Notes under the pieces: generated by a model | The model's database searches: none | What the model was told of the DNA's origin: nothing | Seen by the model: the letters and a program-made list of their open reading frames with translations, nothing else | Made by a program: the position numbers and the translations under genes | In this document: positions 35,880 to 43,725 of the stretch, piece by piece | Layout: each line of letters opens with the position of its first letter | Numbering within the stretch: position 1 is the first letter of the stretch | From: an uncultured Veillonellaceae bacterium | GTDB taxonomy: Bacteria; Bacillota; Negativicutes; UBA1444 | NCBI GenBank assembly: GCA_964609115.1 | Contig: CAZSRN010000001.1 | Coordinates: 1-43,725, forward strand | Length of the DNA stretch: 43,725 nucleotides | Direction: 5' to 3'

Positions 35880-37562
35880 ATGAAAAAGTCGGGTAGTCAA
35901 ATTATCGTTGAAACATTAATGGAACAAGGCGTTGATACGGTCTTCGGTTACCCCGGCGGCGCCATTATGCCTTTATACGATGCCCTGTATGATGCTCCTT
36001 TGCGTCATGTGCTGACGGTACATGAGCAAGGAGCCGCTCATGCAGCGGATGGATATGCCCGCGCTTCTGGAAAAGCCGGTGTATGCATTGCCACCTCAGG
36101 GCCCGGCGCCACGAATCTGGTTACGGGACTGGCCACCGCCTATATGGATTCTTGTCCTGTCATAGCCATCACCGGACAAGTTGCAACTCCCCTGCTGGGC
36201 CGGGATGCGTTTCAGGAAATAGACATAACCGGTCTGACTATGCCGATCACCAAACACAGTTTTTTAGTCCGCAACGTATCAGAGCTTGCCGCAACGGTTC
36301 GCAAAGCTTTTGCGATAGCCACCGGCGGTCGGCCTGGTCCCGTACTGATCGATGTACCCCGAGACATTTTGCTGGCAGAAATTGAAGTTTCCGCCTCCGA
36401 CGCGTCAATGATCGAATCGCCAGATCTTGGATGCAAAGCTGCCGAACTTGCCGCAACTGCTATTGAAGAAGCTCTGGCAGCTTTCGGCAACTCCAAACGG
36501 CCTGTTTTGCTTGTTGGCGGCGGTGTCATTCGTGCCGGCGCCGCTGTCGAAGTCGCAGATTTTATGCGAGCAGCCAACATCCCTGCCGTCAGTACTCTGA
36601 TGGGATTAGGTGCGCTACCGCCAACGCACTCTCATTATCTTGGCCTGACCGGCATGCATGGTCATAAAGTCGCCAATTTGTCTGTTGCAGCAGCCGATCT
36701 GATTATTGCCGCAGGCAGTCGATTTAGCGACAGAATCACGAGTGACCGGATACAATACGGAAAAAACAAAACAATCATCCATCTGGACATCGATGCTGCT
36801 GAAATGAGTAAAAATGTAAATTCGACAGTCACTATAGTGGGTGACCTTCGCCGCTCTTTAGCTGCATTGACTCGTGCACTGCAATTTCGTTCCCCTCCGG
36901 ATCACTCTGAATGGCTGCAACAAATACAGCAATGGCAAGAGAGCGCTTCTCTCCCTCCGCTCAACGACTGTCTTAATCCCGTCTGGATTATGTCGCACCT
37001 TTCGCAGGCTACGAGCAATGATCCACCTATCTGGGTTACCGATGTCGGTCAACACCAGATGTGGGCCGCCCAACACCTTGCCATTCAGAATTCTGGAAGC
37101 TGGCTTACCTCCGGAGGCCTCGGCACGATGGGTTTTGGTCTGCCGGCAGCGATTGGAGCTCAACTCGCCTGTCCCAATCGGCGGGTAATTCTTGTCGCAG
37201 GTGATGGGGGCTTCAAAATGACAGGCCTGGAATTATATACAGCAGCTACGGAAAAATTACCCCTTATCTGTATCATCGTGAACAATTCCGTGCTGGGCAT
37301 GGTCCGCCAGTGGCAGCGCCTGTTTTTTAAAAACCGCTATTCCGCAACAACCTTGCCTAATTTTGATTTTATTGGGCTGGCGCATTCCTGTGGGGTTGCC
37401 GGAACAGCCACCCATACGACAGAAGAATTCACCACCGCATTTCGGCGCGCACTGAAACGAACCACCCCTTCTGTCATCGTAGCCAACATTTCTCCAGATT
37501 TCATGGTCGATCCGATGGTTCAACCGGGTCAACCTGTCGATCAGTTCATAAATATTTCATAG
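35880..37562 (+). CDS. ilvB: Acetolactate synthase large subunit (biosynthetic type)
   Basis: VFGYPGGAIMPLYDAL and the ThDP motif GDGGFKM...NN. No obvious RBS. Confidence 0.93.
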   Translation: MKKSGSQIIVETLMEQGVDTVFGYPGGAIMPLYDALYDAPLRHVLTVHEQGAAHAADGYARASGKAGVCIATSGPGATNLVTGLATAYMDSCPVIAITGQVATPLLGRDAFQEIDITGLTMPITKHSFLVRNVSELAATVRKAFAIATGGRPGPVLIDVPRDILLAEIEVSASDASMIESPDLGCKAAELAATAIEEALAAFGNSKRPVLLVGGGVIRAGAAVEVADFMRAANIPAVSTLMGLGALPPTHSHYLGLTGMHGHKVANLSVAAADLIIAAGSRFSDRITSDRIQYGKNKTIIHLDIDAAEMSKNVNSTVTIVGDLRRSLAALTRALQFRSPPDHSEWLQQIQQWQESASLPPLNDCLNPVWIMSHLSQATSNDPPIWVTDVGQHQMWAAQHLAIQNSGSWLTSGGLGTMGFGLPAAIGAQLACPNRRVILVAGDGGFKMTGLELYTAATEKLPLICIIVNNSVLGMVRQWQRLFFKNRYSATTLPNFDFIGLAHSCGVAGTATHTTEEFTTAFRRALKRTTPSVIVANISPDFMVDPMVQPGQPVDQFINIS

Positions 37563-37620
37563 AAAAAGGGGAAGGCAAGCGACGCTAATAAATTAACGTC
37601 GCTTGCCTTCCTCTTCTCTC
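37563..37620. terminator. Bidirectional terminator between ilvB and the LapA-like gene
   Basis: GAAGGCAAGCGACG-loop-CGUCGCUUGCCUUC. The minus-strand reading is followed by CCCUUUUUU. Confidence 0.7.
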
Positions 37621-37626
37621 TTCTGT

Positions 37627-37989
37627 TTATATTTTTGCCACTGCCCCATCTTCCGTCTTTTTATCTTGCTCACCGACAGATCCTGATATGGCAGGTTCCT
37701 TGTCAAGTGCACGTTTCTTTAAAACCTGCACTTCCTCTTCCAACTGTTTCACTTGACGATTCATTTTATACAGCCGATATCGCAATTTGATCTGAACAAA
37801 CAACTCAAAAAAAAGCGCCGCCAAAAAGCCCATAAGGGCAGACAGGATAATCACCAATACAAGCGAAGCCTCAACATACCAGTCAAAAAAACCGACAGTG
37901 ACAACCTGTCCATTTTGCAAGGCAAAGACAACAATAACAATCGTCGATACCATTCCCAGCAGCAGCATTATGATTGGCACATATATCAC
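37627..37989 (-). CDS. LapA-domain (DUF1049) inner-membrane protein
   Basis: Two TM helices (VIVVFALQNGQVVTVGFF...; LVLVIILSALMGFLAALFF) followed by a coiled-coil tail. Confidence 0.7.
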   Translation of the reverse strand: MIYVPIIMLLLGMVSTIVIVVFALQNGQVVTVGFFDWYVEASLVLVIILSALMGFLAALFFELFVQIKLRYRLYKMNRQVKQLEEEVQVLKKRALDKEPAISGSVGEQDKKTEDGAVAKI

Positions 37990-38161
37990 CTCTTGTTATT
38001 TTTTTAACCCGTGCGACTAATTGATTAGTAAGAAATTCGACGCCTGCGCACCCAGCTCCTTTTTACCCTGTCTTTCATCAATGGGACAAATATTTTGAGA
38101 GCAATATAAAAAATCTTATTGTTTTCTTTAAAAATAGTGATAAACTATAATCAGTAAAAGA

Positions 38162-38244
38162 ATATTTGGCAAATTCGTCGAAAGACGGAGACGCAAAGCT
38201 ATGGGTCTAAAGGTGCTCAGCACCCATGATTGCCAGGTTGCCCT
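38162..38244 (+). promoter_or_regulatory. c-di-GMP-I (GEMM-I) riboswitch aptamer
   Basis: GGCAAA-UUCGUC-GAAA-GACGGA-GACGCAAAGCU-AUGGGUCUAAAGG...ACCCAUGAUUGCC follows the Vc2-type consensus: GNRA tetraloop hairpin, GCAAAGC and GGGYCUAA. A TATAAT -10 lies at 38146-38151. Confidence 0.85.
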
Positions 38245-38286
38245 CCTGAAAGATCGTTTTTACGATTCGTTGTCAGGTGAATTGGT

Positions 38287-38316
38287 GACCGGCATTCCCG
38301 GTCGTTTTATTTTTTA
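38287..38316 (+). terminator. Expression-platform terminator of the c-di-GMP riboswitch
   Basis: GACCGG-cauuc-CCGGUC followed by GUUUUAUUUUUU, ending 13 nt before the TTG start. Confidence 0.6.
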
Positions 38317-38328
38317 AGAAGGAAGTGA

Positions 38329-38775
38329 TTGGCTGTGGTTAAGTACATTGCGTTGGGAGTTGTGTTGATTCTCTCTACCGTGGCAGTCTCCGTCGCGGTG
38401 GCAGTTCCGCTCGCCCTCCAAAATCCTCCCCCCGCAACAACCGTCGCAGCACCGGACGCTTCCTATATGTTCACTCTAAAAAGCAACGAAAAAGACAATT
38501 TCATTGTAACGACACTCGCTGATAAAAGACTCGTACGAATGCAGGTCATTCTAGAGTTGGATAAATCCTTTGAACCCAAGGACTTGAAAAACCCCGACCG
38601 CCAAATGCTGGTTTTGCAAGATTCACTGTTACGGACGATCAGGGCCTGCCGTACGGAAGATCTTTCCGTACAAAATCAAAGTACCTTTAAAAAGCGCATT
38701 GCCGACACGGCGACTCAAATATTGGGAAAACGCGCAGTCCATTCTGTTTATCTGACAGGTCTAACCGTACAGTAA
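38329..38775 (+). CDS. FliL-like flagellar basal-body-associated protein paralogue
   Basis: Single N-terminal TM segment, then the FliL pattern (F.L......R.V.MQVILELD......IRA....EDL....FKKRI......V.SVYLTGLTVQ). TTG start behind an AAGGAAG RBS. Confidence 0.7.
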   Translation: MAVVKYIALGVVLILSTVAVSVAVAVPLALQNPPPATTVAAPDASYMFTLKSNEKDNFIVTTLADKRLVRMQVILELDKSFEPKDLKNPDRQMLVLQDSLLRTIRACRTEDLSVQNQSTFKKRIADTATQILGKRAVHSVYLTGLTVQ

Positions 38776-38811
38776 TTGACCCAGTGCTTTTCAGATTCAG
38801 GGGTACATGTT

Positions 38812-38845
38812 AAAAATCCGCCGAAAGGCGGATTTTTTTTGTTTC
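38812..38845. terminator. Bidirectional terminator
   Basis: AAAAAUCCGCC-gaaa-GGCGGAUUUUUUUU. Confidence 0.8.
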
Positions 38846-38905
38846 CGTAATATTTTTCACAGGCTCTGGCGACCATCAATGCTCAAAAGCAATTTTATCC
38901 TCTTT

Positions 38906-39115
38906 TTATAAAGGTGAACACTGCAAGATTCGATTCACAATCGAACGAGGATCCCAATGGAACACTGCCGGAACGTTCTCCGTCTGCTCATTCGAAGAAC
39001 TGACATACTGCACTTTTACTCCATCCGCCCCTCGGGTAATTATGATCTTTTCTTTTGTTGCATCCACTTCCGTGTCAATCACCATCAGGCCGGATATAGT
39101 ATCGAAGCGAATCAT
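38906..39115 (-). CDS. Small hypothetical protein (69 aa)
   Basis: AAGGTGG RBS 9 nt before the ATG. Lies downstream of the PilZ gene. No family recognised. Confidence 0.45.
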   Translation of the reverse strand: MIRFDTISGLMVIDTEVDATKEKIIITRGADGVKVQYVSSSNEQTENVPAVFHWDPRSIVNRILQCSPL

Positions 39116-39217
39116 TGCAATCAGCCACCTTATTATATTTGTAACTTTTTAATTTCGCCCCCCTCTATTTTTTACCTTGAGACATACGTCCCGTTTAGCA
39201 CGGGACTTTGGTCCTAT

Positions 39218-39880
39218 TTATTCAAACCACTCTTTTTCTTTCATTCGCAGCTCCGCTTGTTTTCCAAAAATATAGCGAATTACTTTTTTCTTCGTTGTCT
39301 CATCCATTTCATTAAACTTTATTCCCGCAAAATACTTGTCCAAGGGTGGAAGTGGGGGATTTAGACGAACAACCTTTCCCTGCATTTCCAACACAAAATC
39401 GTCACCGATAGCCACACTGATTCCAACTTTTGTTCCAACCGGCAACGGTTTGACAAGGACAACCTGCACACCGCCGGCACTGATATCGCGCGTTAATGTC
39501 CGGATCACTTTTGTTTCGGGTTCATCATTCAATATTTCCAAACTGATCGGCAAACTAATTTCCAGCCGAACATCCTCCCGCAACTGAGCTTTGCGAAAGC
39601 TGGAAGGTTTTGACATTTCCCATAAGGGAAGCGGCTCAGAACGATACCGCAACAGAGTTGCCGAAAACAAATATGGAACCTTGTCGGAAACGACTCTCGC
39701 CGAAATGATCCTTCCGGGCCGCGGCGGCAAATAAAAGCCTTTGCGGAATGGAGGAGTAATAAATATCGACTCCTCTCCAATATCCTCAATCCGGCTGAAA
39801 AAAACTTCCCTCTCCATGCTTTCCCAGTTTTCTTCAATCACATCAATTTTTTGTGTTACCCGCAGTATTTCTGTCATCAA
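39218..39880 (-). CDS. PilZ-domain c-di-GMP receptor, YcgR-like (flagellar brake type)
   Basis: N-terminal YcgR-N-like beta domain, and a PilZ domain with RxxxR (LREDVR) and D-x-S-x-x-G (DISAGG). Confidence 0.8.
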   Translation of the reverse strand: MMTEILRVTQKIDVIEENWESMEREVFFSRIEDIGEESIFITPPFRKGFYLPPRPGRIISARVVSDKVPYLFSATLLRYRSEPLPLWEMSKPSSFRKAQLREDVRLEISLPISLEILNDEPETKVIRTLTRDISAGGVQVVLVKPLPVGTKVGISVAIGDDFVLEMQGKVVRLNPPLPPLDKYFAGIKFNEMDETTKKKVIRYIFGKQAELRMKEKEWFE

Positions 39881-40112
39881 TCTACTCTTTCCTGTTATTT
39901 TATCAATCTGTTGCTTTTCCCCTCATCAGCGCTGTCTTCCATTGCCAGCCCTGACTTCCGACCAAATTGCAACCCATTCGAGGAGTTTGTCCGCATGGTT
40001 TGCAAAACTTGCAGTCCCCCTCGGTCAATTGTTGGGTTACGGCTTACTGATAAATTCTCCGGCCGACCATTTTATTCCTGCGAACTGGGTATTTGTCTTT
40101 CTCACCTGTCCA

Positions 40113-40691
40113 TCATTTTCGATGAATTTGTTCCAATAGCCAGGCCATGTTTTGCCCCAGATTTTTCATGTTAGCCATTCCTTCCGCGTCTTGCTCCACT
40201 TCTCCGATATCCCGTCCATAGCCCATATTCCAGTAAGTTGAGCCCACCAAAACCATTTCCTTGCTATGCAAAAAATGCGTCATGGTATCAAAAGTGTTCA
40301 TTGCCCCTGCCCGGCGTACTGCTACAACAGCTGCTCCCACCTTATGGCGAAGCAATCCTTTATTGGCTGCCAACACAATGCTGGCCCGATCAATCAGCGC
40401 TTTCATTTGTGAAGTCACATCGGCCGAATACACAGGAGACCCCAACACAATTCCATCTGCCGCAATCATTTTTGCCAAACATTCGTTAAAAAAATCGTCT
40501 TTCATTATGCACTGCCGGTTTTTTAGCGTCATGCAGCTCCAACAGGCCGTACACCCTTTTATCGCTTGCCCGGACAATTGCACCAGTTCCGTTTCGATTC
40601 CCCGGGCATTCAATTCTGCAAATACGGTCTGAATCAGAATGGATGTATTGCCTTCCTTTCGCGGGCTCCCATTAATTCCTACGACTTTCAT
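40113..40691 (-). CDS. Flavodoxin-like NAD(P)H-dependent FMN reductase / iron-sulfur flavoprotein family
   Basis: MKVVGINGSPRKEGNTS..., a CTACWSC cysteine cluster and GSPVY. Confidence 0.8.
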   Translation of the reverse strand: MKVVGINGSPRKEGNTSILIQTVFAELNARGIETELVQLSGQAIKGCTACWSCMTLKNRQCIMKDDFFNECLAKMIAADGIVLGSPVYSADVTSQMKALIDRASIVLAANKGLLRHKVGAAVVAVRRAGAMNTFDTMTHFLHSKEMVLVGSTYWNMGYGRDIGEVEQDAEGMANMKNLGQNMAWLLEQIHRK

Positions 40692-40732
40692 CTCACAATT
40701 CCTCCCTGAGCTTTTTCATTTTTCGCAATCGC

Positions 40733-41077
40733 CTATCGTTGCCAAAATTGAGGTTTTGGCCCTACTAAATTCACAAAGTGATTATAAATGCGAGGAGAAT
40801 TGTCTTTGCGCAAAATACAGACTTTGATGCTGTGGGGAGCTGTGCCGTGAATACAGGAATGCGCAAGCGTTCCGGAAACAATCGCATCACACCAGACATA
40901 ACCGTATATCAGCGCCTCCGGCGCAGAGGCCTTGATTCCGCCGCCCTCAACATCCCATAAGGGATTGGAAACTTCGCCTACGTAAACTTGAGCAATTTCC
41001 CAGCTGTTCCATTGCCGACGCACGGAAACCAGCTCTGTATCCAAAACTGTTTTCAGGCTTTTGGAATTTGCCGGCAT
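40733..41077 (-). CDS. Hypothetical protein (114 aa)
   Basis: AAAGGGGAG RBS 7 nt before the ATG. No family recognised. Confidence 0.5.
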   Translation of the reverse strand: MPANSKSLKTVLDTELVSVRRQWNSWEIAQVYVGEVSNPLWDVEGGGIKASAPEALIYGYVWCDAIVSGTLAHSCIHGTAPHSIKVCILRKDNSPRIYNHFVNLVGPKPQFWQR

Positions 41078-41181
41078 TGTGCTTCTCCCCTTTTGAACGT
41101 TGTCAAATTTTATTACTGCTTTTTTATTCGCGCCGCTACGGCCAATCCCTGCTTGTCACATTCTGTTTTCCTGTTTTTTGT

Positions 41182-41229
41182 AAAAAAAAGCAAACCACTC
41201 TACTTAATCCAGAGTGGTTTGCTTTTTTC
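41182..41229 (-). terminator. Intrinsic terminator after the repeat-protein gene
   Basis: AGCAAACCACUCU-loop-AGAGUGGUUUGCU, flanked by A and U runs on both sides. Confidence 0.8.
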
Positions 41230-41252
41230 GCTTATTTATTTTTCCATGTCAC

Positions 41253-41756
41253 TTATAAGAAAATACGGATAATCGAGGCTGCAATTTCAGTTTCAATCTC
41301 CTGCATTCTGTGTTCATGCCGCTCATTTTCAGAGCGCTGACGTTCCCGCCATTCATGATCGTTTTCCCATGCGCGTCGGCGCATTTCCCACTCGTGCCGT
41401 TCATTTTCTTCCCGTTGCCACTGGCTACGTTCATTTCTTTCCCATTCATGGCGTTCTTGAGGCGTCCAATGATTTCGCGGCTGCTCCTCCCGATGCCGGT
41501 CTACCCGTTCTTGGTCTTTACGTTGCCAATCCTGGCGTTTTTTCTCATCTTTTTTCCGCTCTTCCGGATGTTTGTCCTGTCTATTTTTTTCCTGTTGTGA
41601 ACTTTGGGAATTGGAATGGCGCGGATCTTGCCGTTGCTCTTGCTGCTGTCGATCATCATGGCCGGCGGGGGCCGCTTGTGTTACCGATAACCCTATGCTA
41701 CTTATCAGCATTCCCGCCAAAGAATATACAACTATGTTTCGTGCTTGATTTGCCAT
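41253..41756 (-). CDS. Secreted low-complexity protein with W/E/R/H-rich tandem repeats
   Basis: Start set at the ATG at 41756, behind an AAAGGAG RBS. Signal peptide MANQARNIVVYSLAGMLISSIGLSVTQA-AP. The repeats are of the ERHEWERNERSQWQREENERHEWE type. Confidence 0.6.
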   Translation of the reverse strand: MANQARNIVVYSLAGMLISSIGLSVTQAAPAGHDDRQQQEQRQDPRHSNSQSSQQEKNRQDKHPEERKKDEKKRQDWQRKDQERVDRHREEQPRNHWTPQERHEWERNERSQWQREENERHEWEMRRRAWENDHEWRERQRSENERHEHRMQEIETEIAASIIRIFL

Positions 41757-41997
41757 TCTATTCAACTCCTTTTTCTGATTCATTGCGCGTCTGTCTATGT
41801 TCATAGTATGACTTCCCACTATGACAGCCAGGTAACAGAAATATCACAGTTTGGTTAACATTATAAAAATCGGGGTAACGCAAAGAGCGGAGCCTTGCCT
41901 TTTGTCTCCGGCAAACCTTGCTCAAAAGAAGGCGCTCCGAGCTTTTCAGCCCAGAGCGCCTTCCAAGGATTGCACCTTTCATCCGCCTGTTATCGTT

Positions 41998-43167
41998 CTA
42001 CAGTTTGATTCGTTTTCCCTCTCCCGCAGCCCAATACGCCGCATAGGTCGCTTGTATGGTGGTATATGCAAGTTCAAGATCAGCCAATGGACGTCGTCCT
42101 TCCGCGATGCACTCCATAAAATCCTGGATTTCCTGGATATACCCCCGCGTCCATTCTTCTTCCAGACAGACGAATTGCCAGCCTGTCTTACGGTCCACTT
42201 TCTCTGTGATATAGACATCTTTCAGCTTGTTTTCATCCGTCAGGTAGGCAACCATGCCTGTACTGGGACACATGTTCGCATTGAGAATTCCGCCGGAAGT
42301 ATATGTTTCCACCAGATTCCGCACACCGCCCAGAACCATATCCCCGGCAAACACGGTACTCTTGGTTCCATCGGTAAAGGTCAGGTTCATCATGGCCCAA
42401 TCTTCGACATCGACCGGATGGGAAAGAATATACTTGTGCTCGCTCTCCGCCAGTGCATCGCCAATATTCCCGACATCCGCGGTCACGTCGGCAATCCCGA
42501 TAATTTCGTTGCGGGCTTTTGCTTCCACTTGTTTGAGATACAGCACTGCGGATAACGGGTGGCAACCTTGCCGAATCAAAGCTCCCCCGCCAGTCATGTC
42601 CCAGCGGGCGGCATGCTCGGCATGAGAACCGCTATGACTTTCCTCCGCCTTCATAAATAGAATTTTATCTTTAGTTTTGGAAATAATTTCAGCGCTTTTG
42701 GCAACAGCCGGTGCATACACCCAGTTTTCGGCATACATAAACATTGAGCCGCTTGCGTCCATACGCCGCCGGGTTTCATGCATTTCCTCCATGACCCGTT
42801 CATACATCAGCGCTTTGGACAGTTTTCGCCCAATCGGGCTGGGGTCGCCCGCTTGCCCAAAATAGCCGGTAAACGGCTTTTCACAGATAACATGCTTCCC
42901 CGCTTCCATTGCGTCAACGATCATGGGTGCATGCAATACCGCCGGAGTGCAGATATCGACAACATCGATCTCTTTATCTTTCAAAAGTTCCCGGTAGTCG
43001 CGATACACTTTGGAAATATGATGTCTTCTCGCAAAATCAAGCACATGATCTCCTCGGGAGACCACCGCCGAAACACTCGCATTGGTTCCATACACACGAC
43101 GATACGCATGCATGTGCAGTTCCGCCACAAATCCACTGCCAACGAGCCCCACACAAATTTTCCCCAT
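41998..43167 (-). CDS. Gfo/Idh/MocA-family oxidoreductase
   Basis: N-terminal Rossmann fold KICVGLVGSGFVAELH and the EKP motif (ICEKPF). Confidence 0.85.
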   Translation of the reverse strand: MGKICVGLVGSGFVAELHMHAYRRVYGTNASVSAVVSRGDHVLDFARRHHISKVYRDYRELLKDKEIDVVDICTPAVLHAPMIVDAMEAGKHVICEKPFTGYFGQAGDPSPIGRKLSKALMYERVMEEMHETRRRMDASGSMFMYAENWVYAPAVAKSAEIISKTKDKILFMKAEESHSGSHAEHAARWDMTGGGALIRQGCHPLSAVLYLKQVEAKARNEIIGIADVTADVGNIGDALAESEHKYILSHPVDVEDWAMMNLTFTDGTKSTVFAGDMVLGGVRNLVETYTSGGILNANMCPSTGMVAYLTDENKLKDVYITEKVDRKTGWQFVCLEEEWTRGYIQEIQDFMECIAEGRRPLADLELAYTTIQATYAAYWAAGEGKRIKL

Positions 43168-43188
43168 TTACCGTCACTCCCGTATTCC

Positions 43189-43725
43189 TTATTCTTTGAA
43201 TTCGTCATGCGCCAGCAGTTTTTTTAGTCGTCCGAACGCATTCAATTGTGAAAGCGCCAATAATAATATAGCAACAACAAACAGGATGCTTAGAGGCCGT
43301 GTAAAGAATGGAGCCGGATCGCCATTCGACAAAATCAATGCGCGCCGAAGATTGTTATCGGCCATCGGTCCAAGAATGATGCCCAGCAAAAAGGGGGCGG
43401 CCGGATAAGACATTTCCCGCAATAACAGCCCTAGCAAGCCAAATACAAACATCAAATAAATATCAAAAATATTATTGTCAATGACAAATGATCCGACAGC
43501 GCAGAGCACATAAACAATCGGCATCAATATTGTACTCTTGACGGCCAATATTCGAACCGTTGCTTTCGACAGGATCAGCCCCAGCACTACCATCGTAATC
43601 GCGCTGATTGCCATATAAATGCTGATGGTGTAGACAAATCCGGGGGACTCGCTCATGAGCAACGGCCCGGGGCGAAGTCCATGAAGCCATAGCGCTGCAA
43701 GAAGGACAGCAGCCGGAGCGCTTCC
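43189..43725 (-). CDS. tctA: Tripartite tricarboxylate transporter permease TctA, 3' part (gene continues past window end)
   Basis: The frame stays open to position 43725 (..GSAPAAVLLAALWLHGLRPGPLLMSESPG..). The C-terminus carries ...PAAPFLLGIILGPMADNNLRRAL, as in the TctA family. Confidence 0.8.
   Translation of the reverse strand, partial: GSAPAAVLLAALWLHGLRPGPLLMSESPGFVYTISIYMAISAITMVVLGLILSKATVRILAVKSTILMPIVYVLCAVGSFVIDNNIFDIYLMFVFGLLGLLLREMSYPAAPFLLGIILGPMADNNLRRALILSNGDPAPFFTRPLSILFVVAILLLALSQLNAFGRLKKLLAHDEFKE

Noticed and set aside
39881-40112. 230-nt gap upstream of the PilZ gene; a possible small ORF (33 aa, MRTNSSNGLQ...) or riboswitch
   Set aside because: The ORF has no RBS and no conserved-looking features. 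Only a loose long-loop hairpin (UUGCAAACC...GGGUUGCAA) is visible, so the evidence is insufficient to call anything.
41851-42555. Long antisense ORFs opposite well-supported genes (also 26574..27239, 25732..26328, 14661..15305, 22381..23004, 32304..32843 and 35333..35713)
   Set aside because: Each lies entirely opposite a gene with clear family motifs. None has a start context or a recognisable domain, so they are typical shadow ORFs.
1-43725. Prophage, integrative element or defence island (restriction, toxin-antitoxin, Cas, abortive infection)
   Set aside because: I saw no integrase, recombinase, transposase, tRNA attachment site, phage structural gene or recognisable defence domain. The only accessory-looking block is the Tad-like region.

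Overview
The window is a 43.7-kb chromosomal segment that reads as a diderm Firmicute, probably Negativicutes-like. That placement is an inference from Bacillus/Clostridium-type housekeeping synteny and a close DegS homologue, combined with a secretin and a LapA-domain protein. Positions 1-9.8 kb hold a co-directional minus-strand housekeeping array: dusB, coaX, birA, panD, panC, a thioesterase, ftsH, hpt and tilS. Positions 9.9-20.2 kb are the accessory-looking part. They contain two unrecognised genes, a PPP phosphatase, three tiny Flp-type pilin genes (missed by the ORF track, and two of them sit in a ~98% identical 264-bp direct repeat) and an ICMT-like membrane methyltransferase lying between the pilin genes. 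They also contain an operon of cpaB, a cpaC secretin, a REC-CpaE/TadZ fusion, tadB and a DegS-like kinase. This Tad-like cluster has no TadA/CpaF ATPase, no second platform protein and no prepilin peptidase. A composite DNA motif (RGGAC-N4-KTCCY, then 8-9 nt, then GAGACT) recurs upstream of its promoters. The rest of the window is mostly ordinary. It holds corA, a LarA-like/EamA/MFS block, gnd, a GlcD-like oxidase, a PfkB kinase, an ODC-like decarboxylase, VanW and a PRC-barrel protein. There is also a T-box-controlled ilvN-ilvC-ilvB operon with a probable Ile specifier, and a LapA-like protein. A c-di-GMP-I riboswitch sits in front of a FliL-like gene and next to a YcgR-like PilZ gene. The window ends with a flavodoxin-like reductase, a W/E/R/H-repeat secreted protein, a Gfo/Idh/MocA oxidoreductase and a partial tctA. 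I saw no rRNA, tRNA, CRISPR array, transposase or integrase. All functional calls come from reading the translated ORFs and motifs by eye; no database search was run.
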